From Candidatus Latescibacterota bacterium (GTDB taxonomy: Bacteria; Latescibacterota; UBA2968; GCA-2709665), in assembly GCA_965205485.1 (NCBI GenBank), contig OZ242180.1:3584001-3648000 (forward strand): a stretch of 64,000 nucleotides of DNA, written 5' to 3'. Each line of letters starts with the position of its first letter. Position 1 is the stretch's first letter. Below are positions 39,046-47,959 of the stretch, one piece after another. The notes below the pieces were generated by a model, which worked only from the letters and a program-made list of their open reading frames with translations, did not search any database and was not told where the DNA came from. The position numbers were made by a program, and so were the translations under genes.

Positions 39046-39148
39046 TAAACATCGCCCGAATTTTAGTCGCTGGACGAAAACCCTCCGGCTCGAGTGCGTT
39101 GTTTCGCGCGTGCGCGGCCGTTTTTCCCAGCCACGGAGGTGATCAGTC

Positions 39149-40411
39149 TTGAAGGGATTGCTGAAACTCATCGGGATGTGTCTTTTCCTCATACCCGGGA
39201 TTTCCGGCGCCGCGGCATCGGACCTGGAGGTGTTGGTCGACTCGGCGCTCGCGAAAAATCCCGGTCTGGAGGTTCTTGAGTACCGGTTGGCCGCAATCGA
39301 AGCCAGGGTGCCTCAGGCCGGTGCGCTGCAAGATCCGATGCTGGCGCTGGATTTGCGGAACGTACCGACAAGCAGCTTTGACTTCAACAGTACGCATATG
39401 TCCGGCAAGCAGTTGACGGTCAGCCAGCGGATACCGCTTCCGGGCCTGTTGCACGCGAAAGAGCAGGCGGCGGAATCTTCCGCTGGCGCTGCCAGAGAAG
39501 TCCTTGCGGACCGTACCGGAACGATCGTCAATCTTGTTAAGCAGGGATACTATGCGCTGGCGTTTCTGGAACGGGCAATCGAAGTGACGGAACGGAACCG
39601 GGCGCTCCTCCGGGACCTGGTTCGAATCGCAGAGAAGAAATACGTGGTCGGTCGGGGACTTCAACAAGACGTCCTGAAGGCCCAGGTGTCCCTTTCCGCG
39701 CTGCAGGATCGACTGATCGGGCTGAATACGGACCGCAGGCTTGCGGAGGCGCGGCTTAACCGGGTCCTGAATCGGCCGATGGATACCGCCGTGAATGCGC
39801 CCAGCGACGTGATTGCGACGCCATTCGCCCTGTCGGTGAAGGACGCCCAGCGGCTGGCACTGGCGCACCGCCCGCTGTTGAAGGAAATAGACCATACCAT
39901 TTCCGGTTGGGCGGCAACCGAACAGGCGGCAAGGCGATCGGGCCGGCCCGATCTGACGTTTCGCCTGGGCTACCTGCAACGGGCCCACGTGGCGCCCGAT
40001 CCCGTGAGCGGCAGCGACTTTCTGTCGTTCGGCGTGAGCATGAACCTTCCGATCTTCAACGGACGGAAACGGGACAGTCAAATTGCCGAGGCGCAGGCCA
40101 ATATCAGAATGGTCAGGGCGCAAAAGGAGGACGTCAGCCGCGAGATCCTGTTTCGGGTGGAAGAAATCTGCCTTGAAGTCGACCGGCACTGGAAGCAGGC
40201 GGAGCTGTTCCGTACCGCAATTCTGCCCCAGGCGCAGCAGTCACTGGAATCCGCAATGGCGGGATACCAGGTGGACAAAGTGGACTTTTTGACCTTGTTG
40301 AACAACCAGGTCTCGTTGTTTCAGTTTGAAATCGAACACTATCACCATCTGATCCAACGCGAGAAAAAGCTGGCGGAATTGGAAGCGGTTATCGGAAAAC
40401 GGCTGTTTTAG
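39149..40411 (+). CDS. cusC: TolC-family outer membrane factor (CusC-like)
   Basis: Signal peptide, ALAKNP, GAL.DP, VSQRIPLPG, QQDVLKAQ, YQVDKVDFLTLL; upstream of MFP and CusA. Confidence 0.85.
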   Translation: MKGLLKLIGMCLFLIPGISGAAASDLEVLVDSALAKNPGLEVLEYRLAAIEARVPQAGALQDPMLALDLRNVPTSSFDFNSTHMSGKQLTVSQRIPLPGLLHAKEQAAESSAGAAREVLADRTGTIVNLVKQGYYALAFLERAIEVTERNRALLRDLVRIAEKKYVVGRGLQQDVLKAQVSLSALQDRLIGLNTDRRLAEARLNRVLNRPMDTAVNAPSDVIATPFALSVKDAQRLALAHRPLLKEIDHTISGWAATEQAARRSGRPDLTFRLGYLQRAHVAPDPVSGSDFLSFGVSMNLPIFNGRKRDSQIAEAQANIRMVRAQKEDVSREILFRVEEICLEVDRHWKQAELFRTAILPQAQQSLESAMAGYQVDKVDFLTLLNNQVSLFQFEIEHYHHLIQREKKLAELEAVIGKRLF

Positions 40412-40475
40412 CGCGGTTTCCCGATATCGCCTCGGTTTCAGCAAACGTACGCATTGAAGAGGGAAGGGTCGAGTT

Positions 40476-41759
40476 ATGAATTCGAAAACCATCGTTGTGA
40501 CGATTCTCGCCCTGATTGTCGGTGTGGGCCTGGGAATGTGGATCGGAGGAGAGGACGGGTCGACGACTCACGAGTCGGGACCGTCCGTGCACCGGTGCCC
40601 GATGCATCCGACGGTGGTGTCGGACAGGCCCGGAAGCTGTCCGATTTGCGGAATGGACCTGGTGATGGACCAGCCCGGCAGGTCGGGACACGAAGGCGAC
40701 CACGGAGAGGAAGCCGGCGAGGTCCGGATCGATCCGTCCACCGTGCAGAATATGGGGGTCAGAGTCGGGGTCGTGGAACGGCGCCCGTTGAGCCGGACCG
40801 TTCGCACCATGGGACGCGTAGATTACGACGAAACAGGAATGACGGACGTGAATACGAAGGTAACCGGATGGGTTGAGAAACTGCATGTTGACTTCACCGG
40901 TCAGGAGGTGAAGAAGGGACAACCGCTGCTGGATATCTACAGTCCCGAACTCGTGGCCGCGCAGGAGGAATACCTCACGGCGCTGGACTATGTCCGGAGG
41001 CTGGAGGCGGGCGGGTCCGCCGAAGCGCTGGATGGCGCAAAGGCGCTCCTGAGCGCGGCGCGGCAGCGATTGATGTACTGGGATATTGCGGAAGCGCAGA
41101 TTGCGGACCTGGAGCGGACGCGGGAGGCCAGGCGGACCATGACGATCCATTCCCCGCAGGAGGGCGTGGTTGTGCATCGGGCGGTGTACGACGGCGCGCA
41201 TATAAAGGCCGGAGAGCATCTCTATCGAATCGCGGATCTTTCGCGCGTATGGGTCTACGCGGATATCTACGAGTACGAATTGCCGTGGATCAGCAGAGGG
41301 CAGTCGGCCGAAGTCGTGCTCTCCTACGCGCCCGGCAGGGAGTTCAAAGGTGTGGTGAGCTACGTCTATCCGTTCCTGGAGTCCAGGACACGTACCGCGA
41401 AGGTTCGGATGGTGTTCGACAACCCGGAACTGCAATTGAAACCCGAGATGTTCGCCACGGTAAAGATCCTCTCCGAGGTGTCGAAGGAGGCCGTCGTCGT
41501 CCCTGCGGAGGCAGTGATCCGGACGGGAGAGCGAAGCGTCGTGATTCTGGATCTCGGGGAAGGTCGTTTTTCGCCGCGCGAAGTGTCGCTTGGGGTGGAG
41601 GCGGACGACGTCTTCGAGGTGACCGGCGGGCTGCAGGGAGGCGAGCGGGTTGTCGTATCAGCGCAGTTTCTGATCGACTCGGAAAGCAACCTGAAGGCGG
41701 CGCTTGGAAACATCGGCGCACAACACGAAACTTCGGCGCCGATGCAGCATCGACATTGA
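40476..41759 (+). CDS. cusB: RND efflux periplasmic adaptor with heavy-metal-binding domain
   Basis: CPMHP..VSDRPGSCPICGMDLV, IYSPELVAAQEEYL, LKPEMF, AQFLIDSES. Confidence 0.9.
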   Translation: MNSKTIVVTILALIVGVGLGMWIGGEDGSTTHESGPSVHRCPMHPTVVSDRPGSCPICGMDLVMDQPGRSGHEGDHGEEAGEVRIDPSTVQNMGVRVGVVERRPLSRTVRTMGRVDYDETGMTDVNTKVTGWVEKLHVDFTGQEVKKGQPLLDIYSPELVAAQEEYLTALDYVRRLEAGGSAEALDGAKALLSAARQRLMYWDIAEAQIADLERTREARRTMTIHSPQEGVVVHRAVYDGAHIKAGEHLYRIADLSRVWVYADIYEYELPWISRGQSAEVVLSYAPGREFKGVVSYVYPFLESRTRTAKVRMVFDNPELQLKPEMFATVKILSEVSKEAVVVPAEAVIRTGERSVVILDLGEGRFSPREVSLGVEADDVFEVTGGLQGGERVVVSAQFLIDSESNLKAALGNIGAQHETSAPMQHRH

Positions 41760-41851
41760 GGTCGGGTAACGCAACCGGGTTCATAGGCGGAACCGGGATC
41801 CGGGACCGATGCCAATGTCACTGACATCTTCTTTAACGGAAAGTCGAGATT

Positions 41852-44800
41852 ATGATTGGTCAAATAATCGAACTCAGCCTCCGGAACCGTATTCTGGTCA
41901 TTATGGCCACGATTTTCGCAATCGCGTGGGGGGGATACGCGATGTTGAATACGCCCCTGGACGCGATTCCGGACCTGTCGGACGTGCAGGTGATCGTAAT
42001 GACTGATTATCAGGGGCAGGCGCCTCGGGTGGTGGAGGACCAGGTGACCTATCCACTCACCTCCGCCATGCTGGCCGTGCCGAAGGCAAGCGTCGTGAGA
42101 GGATATTCATTCTTCGGACTGTCGTTTGTCTATGTGATTTTCGAGGACGGTACGGATATTTATTGGGCCAGAAGCCGCGTCCTGGAGGCGCTCGACACCG
42201 TTTCGAACCGCCTGCCCGCGGGTGTTGCGCCGCGGCTCGGGCCGGATGCCACAGGGGTCGGATGGGTGTACGAATACGTGCTGGTTGACAGTACGGGGCG
42301 CCGGGATCTTTCGGAACTGCGGTCCATCCAGGACTGGTACCTGCGTTACGAACTCAGCAGCGTGCAGGGTGTAGCGGAGGTGGCAGCCGTAGGCGGGTAC
42401 GTGAAGCAGTACCAGGTAACCGTGGATCCCAACCGGCTGCTGGCCTACAATATCCCGTTGCAGAAGGTCAGGAACGCAATCCGGCGGAGCAATAATGACG
42501 TTGGCGGGCGCATCGTGGAATTCGGTGAATCGGAGTTTATGGTCCGCGGCCTGGGGTATCTGCGTTCGACGGAGGATATTCGAAACGTCGCCGTCGGTGT
42601 CGACACACGGGGCACCCCGGTAAGAGTAGGTGATATCGCCGCAGTACAACTGGGTCCCGAGCTTCGCAGGGGTCTGGCTGAATGGAACGGCGAGGGCGAG
42701 GTCGTGGGCGGCATCGTCGTGATGCGTTACGGCGAAAACGCGCTGGCAGTGATCGATCGCGTCAAGGAGAAAATCGAGTCGCTAAAACCCGGTCTGCCCG
42801 AAGGCGTTGAAATCAGGACCGCCTATGACCGGTCCGCGCTCATTCGCAGCGCCATCGACAATCTGCGTAACAAGCTCATCGAGGAGATGTCGGTGGTCGC
42901 GCTTGTATGCGTCGTGTTCCTGCTGCACTTTCGCAGCGCATTCGTGGCGATCTTCGCGCTTTCAACCGGCGTGCTGGTTTCTTTCGGGATGATGTACACA
43001 CAGGGTGTGAGCTCCAACATCATGTCGCTGGGCGGAATTGCGGTCGCCATCGGCGCGATGGTCGATGCGTCGATCGTGATGATCGAGAACGCACATAAAC
43101 ACCTCGAGCAGGACAACGGGAAGCTGAGCCATCTCGAGATTGTCGCTCGAGCGTCAAAGGAGGTCGGTCCTGCCCTCTTTTATTCTCTACTGTTGATCAC
43201 GGTGTCGTTCCTTCCCGTGTTCACGCTTCAGGCTCAAGAGGGGCGGTTGTTCAAGCCTTTGGCCTATACGAAGACGTACGCGATGGGCGGGGCGGCGTTA
43301 CTCGCCGTCACGCTCGTTCCCGTTCTCGTGAGCTTTTTCGTCCGGGGCAGAATCCGGCCGGAGGCGCGAAATCCCAGCAGCAGGTTCTTCATCTGGACCT
43401 ACCGTCCGATGATCGATTGGGTCCTGAAACACAGGGTCGCCACGGTTCTGCTGGCGGTGGCCGTGTTGTTCGTGACGCTCTTTCCGTTCAGGAGCACGGT
43501 TCTCGATCGATTTTCTGATGCGCCGCGCAGCGTCGCGTATCGTGCGCTTCTGAGGCTGGACCGCCTGTTTCCCCTGGAGAAGATCGGTTCGGAATTCATG
43601 CCGCCCCTGTACGAGGGAGACCTTCTCTACATGCCTACCACCCTGCCTGGAATCTCCGTGACCCGTGCGCGTGAATTGCTGCAGCAGACGGACAAGATCA
43701 TCAAGTCGTTTCCGGAGGTCCAGGACGTATTCGGGAAGATCGGGCGCGCCGAGACCGCAACCGATCCGGCGCCGCTTTCAATGATCGAGACTACGATTAC
43801 GTTGAAGCCGGAAAACGAGTGGCGCCCGGGCATGACACCCGAAAAGCTGATCGACCAATTGAACCGGGCGATACAATTCCCCGGCCTGACCAATTCGTGG
43901 ACGATGCCCATCAAGACGAGAATCGACATGCTGTCGACCGGGATCAAGACGCCGGTTGGCGTGAAAGTCGCGGGTGAGGACCTGGAGGTGTTGCAGCGCC
44001 TCGGCGAGCAGATCGAAGGGGTAATCCGCAATCTGCCGGGCACTCTGAGCGTGTTTGCCGAACGCGTCGTTGGCGGAAACTACCTCGACTTCGAAATCAA
44101 CCGGGAAGAAGCAGCGCGCTACGGACTTACGACAGGAGACGTTCAGGACGTGATCATGTTCGCGGTCGGCGGGATGAATATCACAACGACCGTTGAGGGC
44201 CTTGAGCGCTATCCGGTCAATCTGCGCTATGACAGGGAACTGCGCGACAACCTGCCGGCGTTGCGCCGGGTGCTGGTGCCAACACCCACCGGCGCCCAGA
44301 TTCCCATCCAGCAACTCGCGGACATCCGGATCAGAAAAGGGCCGCCGGGGATCAAGAGCGAGAACGCGCGTTTGAACGCGTGGGTGTACGTGGATATCCA
44401 GGGCATCGACGTTGGAACCTATGTGAAGCGCGCACAGCAGGCTGTGTTGGAGAGCGTGTCGATGCCGCCGGGTTATTCGATCACCTGGAGCGGCCAGTAC
44501 GAGTACATGCAGAGGGCGGAGAAGCGATTGAAACTGGTCGTTCCGCTCACCCTTGGAATCATTTTTCTGTTGTTGTATCTCAACTTCAGGAATATTACGG
44601 AGAGCCTCATCGTGATGCTGTCCCTTCCGTTCGCGATGGTGGGCGGGATCTGGCTGATGTATCTGCTGGATTACAATATGAGTGTTGCGGTAGGTGTCGG
44701 ATTCATTGCTCTGGGCGGTCTGGCGGCCGAGACGGGGGTGGTCATGCTGGTCTATCTCGATCATGCGTACGAACGTATTCGGAAGGAGCGAGGTGGCGGG

Positions 44801-45055
44801 ATGAATGCTTCGGACCTGAGGACAGCGGTCATCTCCGGCGCCGTGGAACGGGTCCGGCCGAAGATGATGACTGTACTCACGACGCTGCTGGCGTTGCTTC
44901 CCATTATGTGGGGACACGGCATCGGGTCTCAGACGATGAAGCGCATTGCCGCGCCGATGGTGGGCGGGGTCGCTTCCTCCGCGTTGCTCACGCTTATTGT
45001 GATTCCCGCGATTTACGCGTTGTGGAAAGGCCGATCATTGAAAGATGGGAGTTGA
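41852..45055 (+). CDS. cusA: CusA/SilA heavy-metal (Cu/Ag) RND efflux transporter
   Basis: PLDAIPDLSDVQVI, LGPDATGVGW, GSEFMPPL.EGDLLYMP, APLSMIET, RIDMLSTGIK, RPKMMT. Confidence 0.95.
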   Translation: MIGQIIELSLRNRILVIMATIFAIAWGGYAMLNTPLDAIPDLSDVQVIVMTDYQGQAPRVVEDQVTYPLTSAMLAVPKASVVRGYSFFGLSFVYVIFEDGTDIYWARSRVLEALDTVSNRLPAGVAPRLGPDATGVGWVYEYVLVDSTGRRDLSELRSIQDWYLRYELSSVQGVAEVAAVGGYVKQYQVTVDPNRLLAYNIPLQKVRNAIRRSNNDVGGRIVEFGESEFMVRGLGYLRSTEDIRNVAVGVDTRGTPVRVGDIAAVQLGPELRRGLAEWNGEGEVVGGIVVMRYGENALAVIDRVKEKIESLKPGLPEGVEIRTAYDRSALIRSAIDNLRNKLIEEMSVVALVCVVFLLHFRSAFVAIFALSTGVLVSFGMMYTQGVSSNIMSLGGIAVAIGAMVDASIVMIENAHKHLEQDNGKLSHLEIVARASKEVGPALFYSLLLITVSFLPVFTLQAQEGRLFKPLAYTKTYAMGGAALLAVTLVPVLVSFFVRGRIRPEARNPSSRFFIWTYRPMIDWVLKHRVATVLLAVAVLFVTLFPFRSTVLDRFSDAPRSVAYRALLRLDRLFPLEKIGSEFMPPLYEGDLLYMPTTLPGISVTRARELLQQTDKIIKSFPEVQDVFGKIGRAETATDPAPLSMIETTITLKPENEWRPGMTPEKLIDQLNRAIQFPGLTNSWTMPIKTRIDMLSTGIKTPVGVKVAGEDLEVLQRLGEQIEGVIRNLPGTLSVFAERVVGGNYLDFEINREEAARYGLTTGDVQDVIMFAVGGMNITTTVEGLERYPVNLRYDRELRDNLPALRRVLVPTPTGAQIPIQQLADIRIRKGPPGIKSENARLNAWVYVDIQGIDVGTYVKRAQQAVLESVSMPPGYSITWSGQYEYMQRAEKRLKLVVPLTLGIIFLLLYLNFRNITESLIVMLSLPFAMVGGIWLMYLLDYNMSVAVGVGFIALGGLAAETGVVMLVYLDHAYERIRKERGGGMNASDLRTAVISGAVERVRPKMMTVLTTLLALLPIMWGHGIGSQTMKRIAAPMVGGVASSALLTLIVIPAIYALWKGRSLKDGS

Positions 45056-45146
45056 TTAAAAATGGGTGTTGTCATATATTCGAAGCCAAAGTCCTCATGT
45101 TCAGGGAATGGCCCGAACTTTCCCTTTCTTTACAGGAGATAGAATC

Positions 45147-45500
45147 ATGCGCACGTTCGTTTCTGTTCTGCTATCCAGTGTGTTCGCGTTCTCCCTCATC
45201 GCCGTCTCCGGCTGTTCCACGGCCGAGACCCGAACGACCAAAATCAATGTCCCCACGGCACAGTGCATGATGTGCGCGAACAATATTGAAAAGGCATTGA
45301 AAAAGGTGGACGGCGTATCGGAGGTGGCCGTCGACATGGATGTCAAGGTTGTCAGCGTGACTTACGATGCGTCGCTTACCGAGGCGGCGGCGTTGGAAAA
45401 GGCAATCACCGGGGCGGGTTATCAGGCGAATCAGGCCGCTGCCGACAGCGCGGTCTACGCGAAACTGCCGGACTGCTGCAAGGTTCCTCAGACCCAATAG
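45147..45500 (+). CDS. Heavy-metal-associated (HMA) domain lipoprotein (CopZ/MerP-like)
   Basis: Lipobox VSGC, QCMMC, KVDGV, C-terminal LPDCC; RBS AGGAG. Confidence 0.88.
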   Translation: MRTFVSVLLSSVFAFSLIAVSGCSTAETRTTKINVPTAQCMMCANNIEKALKKVDGVSEVAVDMDVKVVSVTYDASLTEAAALEKAITGAGYQANQAAADSAVYAKLPDCCKVPQTQ

Positions 45501-45632
45501 GCGCCTCCGGCGCAGCGGTATATATGTCGGGTCAACGTTCCGGTACGTGTTCGGGCTCGCCGTTGGCGACCGCGGTATCAATGAGCAACGGGCGCCGGGG
45601 GACGTCTCCGGACAAAGGCATTGGGGGAGTTG

Positions 45633-46112
45633 ATGTTTAGCAAGGAGATTCAATCGGCGCTGAACGAGCAGATCAACAGCGAATTCCTCGCCTGGTACAC
45701 CTATCTGGCCATGTCCTCCTATTTCAAATCGGTCAATCTGAACGGATTTGCCAGGTGGATGGGAAAGCAGGCCCAGCGCGAGATGGCGCATGCAATGAAG
45801 ATCTACGAATTCCTGCACGAACGGGAGGCGCCGGTCGGGTTCAAGTCGATTTCCGAACCTCCCGCGGACTGGCGTTCGCCGCTGGACGCGATTTCGGAGG
45901 CATACCGACGGGAACAGGACTCCAGCGGCCGGATCAACGATCTGGTCGATCTGGCCATGAAGAACCGCGCCCATGCGACCAATACGTTCCTGCAGTGGTT
46001 CGTGAACGAACAGGTGGAGGAAGAGGCCGGGCTTCGCGCGATCGTGAAGAAGCTGGAACTGGTGGGTGACGATCGATACGGTCTGTTCCTGATCGATCGC
46101 GATATGCGCTGA
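45633..46112 (+). CDS. ftnA: Non-heme ferritin (FtnA-like)
   Basis: LNEQINSE, YLAMS, EMAHA, FLQWFVNEQVEEE. Confidence 0.92.
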   Translation: MFSKEIQSALNEQINSEFLAWYTYLAMSSYFKSVNLNGFARWMGKQAQREMAHAMKIYEFLHEREAPVGFKSISEPPADWRSPLDAISEAYRREQDSSGRINDLVDLAMKNRAHATNTFLQWFVNEQVEEEAGLRAIVKKLELVGDDRYGLFLIDRDMR

Positions 46113-46150
46113 CTCCCGCCGGCCTTGTTGTCGTGTGGCGATCTGAATTC

Positions 46151-46188
46151 GGCCGCTTCTGGATTGGGTACCGGGGCGGCCTTTTTTT
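46151..46188 (+). terminator. Rho-independent terminator after ferritin
   Basis: GGCCGCTTCTGG...CCGGGGCGGCC followed by T7. Confidence 0.6.
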
Positions 46189-46206
46189 ACCCGGGGCTGT
46201 GCAAGG

Positions 46207-46896
46207 ATGGTCTATGTCGAAGACTTATGGAAGAGATACTCCGGCGCATGGGCGCTCAGAGGTGTGTCGCTGACGGTGGCGCGCGGCAGGGTGCTGGGCG
46301 TGCTGGGAGAAAACGGAAGCGGAAAGAGTACGTTGCTCCGGATTCTGGCCGGCGTGACGCGTCCCACCCGGGGGCGGTCGCGGATCGGCGAGGTCGAGAC
46401 CGGGTTCGCCACAAAGCGGGTGGTGTCCTTTCTTCCCGAAGTCGATCCGTTTTATTCGTGGATGAGGGTGGGAGAACAACTGGCTTTCCTTTCGTCGTTC
46501 CATGCGACCTGGGATGAGGGGCGGGCCAGGAGACTGCTGGAATTCATGAATCTGCCCGAAGACCGCAAGGTGGGCGCCCTCTCGCGAGGGCAGCGGGCGC
46601 GGCTGAAAGTGGTCTCCTCATTCTCCTGGTCCCCGGAAGTGGTGCTGATGGACGAACCCCTGGGGGGAATCGATCCGCCGTCGCGCAGGCGCATCCTGGA
46701 CAGTCTGTTCAACGAGTTTCGGCATCCTGAGCAGACGGTGTTGATTTCAACGCACCTGGTATCCGACGTGGAACCGTTTATCGAAGAGGTCCTGCTTCTG
46801 CGCGACGGTGAGACATTTGCCTCGGGTCGGACGGACCAGTTGCAACAGGAGCACGGAAGGTCTCTGTCTGAGATCTTCGAAATGGCGGTTGCCTGA
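46207..46896 (+). CDS. ABC transporter ATP-binding protein
   Basis: GENGSGKST, LSRGQ, LMDEP, STH. Confidence 0.92.
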   Translation: MVYVEDLWKRYSGAWALRGVSLTVARGRVLGVLGENGSGKSTLLRILAGVTRPTRGRSRIGEVETGFATKRVVSFLPEVDPFYSWMRVGEQLAFLSSFHATWDEGRARRLLEFMNLPEDRKVGALSRGQRARLKVVSSFSWSPEVVLMDEPLGGIDPPSRRRILDSLFNEFRHPEQTVLISTHLVSDVEPFIEEVLLLRDGETFASGRTDQLQQEHGRSLSEIFEMAVA

Positions 46897-46915
46897 CGTA
46901 CGAGGCCAACAGCGT

Positions 46916-47611
46916 ATGAAGATGTTTTGTGCTCTGTATATAAAGGAGTTAAGGGACGCGAGGAATTTATCCTGCATCCTTGCCATTGGCACCCTTGTGG
47001 TGCAGGGTTGGGTCCTGTTGTCCGTTGAAGCGCACGTGATCGCCCTGTTTTTTTCAGCGTTGCCCCTCTCGGCGATCATGTTTGTCCTGCCGTTTCTGCT
47101 GGCTTCCTCGTTCAACGGGGAATGGCGAGCCAATACAACCTATCTGCTCTTTGCGCTCCCCGTCCGGGCGGCTGTCGTGTGCCTCTGCAAATACGCCGCG
47201 ATTCTGAGTATCGGCCTTTTGCTGTTCTCGATTGCCGGCGCAGGCGTCTATGCCGTTGTTGCGCGCGCCCCCGGGGAAGACGTATCTCAGATTCTGGGTT
47301 TCTTCGGTGTAACACCAGCGTCGGTTTACGGATACACCGCCGGGTTCCTGGGATGCTACGCGCTCCTGACGCTTGGCATCGTTACGGCCGTGGAAGGCGC
47401 CAGGTACACGGCATCGCGACTGAGGGGTCTCGTGACGGCCGCTTCGTTTGTAACGTGCGTGATCCTATATCTTTCGATGGCAGGCTATTTCGTGAACGGT
47501 CTGCTGGGAAGTCTTCCAACTGGACCGGCAATGATGGCATACACGGTTCTCGCCGGCCTCGTCTTCATGCTGATCGGGCTCCTGTTGTTTGAGAAATTCG
47601 TGGAAATTTAG
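46916..47611 (+). CDS. ABC-2-type permease
   Basis: About 6 TM helices, YLLFALPV, C-terminal EKFVEI; follows the ATPase. Confidence 0.75.
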   Translation: MKMFCALYIKELRDARNLSCILAIGTLVVQGWVLLSVEAHVIALFFSALPLSAIMFVLPFLLASSFNGEWRANTTYLLFALPVRAAVVCLCKYAAILSIGLLLFSIAGAGVYAVVARAPGEDVSQILGFFGVTPASVYGYTAGFLGCYALLTLGIVTAVEGARYTASRLRGLVTAASFVTCVILYLSMAGYFVNGLLGSLPTGPAMMAYTVLAGLVFMLIGLLLFEKFVEI

Positions 47612-47654
47612 ACCATTTTTGTGGTGGATCCGGTAGAACAGGCGCATGCGTCCA

Positions 47655-47929
47655 GTGTTCTGTCCCGAAGATAAGTTGCCTGAATTCGACCGCCGAGTCG
47701 CCCGGCTCGCATCCCTTCGACCGGCTCAGGGCGGCGCCTTCGAAAGGCACAGGAATCGGCGGGCGAGACCTGAGCCGCTCCCTGAGCTTGTCGAAGGGTC
47801 GGCGAAGGGATATCGATTGGCCATCGACGGATTTTGGAACGCGGGCATTTCGACAAGCTCAATGACCACGTTTCAGCGAGACGGGATGAATCGGCGGTCG
47901 AATGGTGAGGAATTTTTGGGAAAGGACAC
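47655..47929. mobile_element. MITE family C copy (275 bp) whose core is replaced by REP-like CTTCGACAAGCTCAG palindromes
   Basis: Both arms match 31454-31616; interior has CCCTTCGACCGGCTCAGG, CCCTGAGCTTGTCGAAGGG, TTCGACAAGCTCAATG. Confidence 0.8.
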
Positions 47930-47959
47930 TAAAAACGGCGGATATGAGAGGGCGAACCC

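Noticed and set aside
46113..46206. Missing GntR regulator or truncated start for the ABC ATPase
   Set aside because: The ATPase has all motifs and a normal length; absence of a regulator alone is not informative
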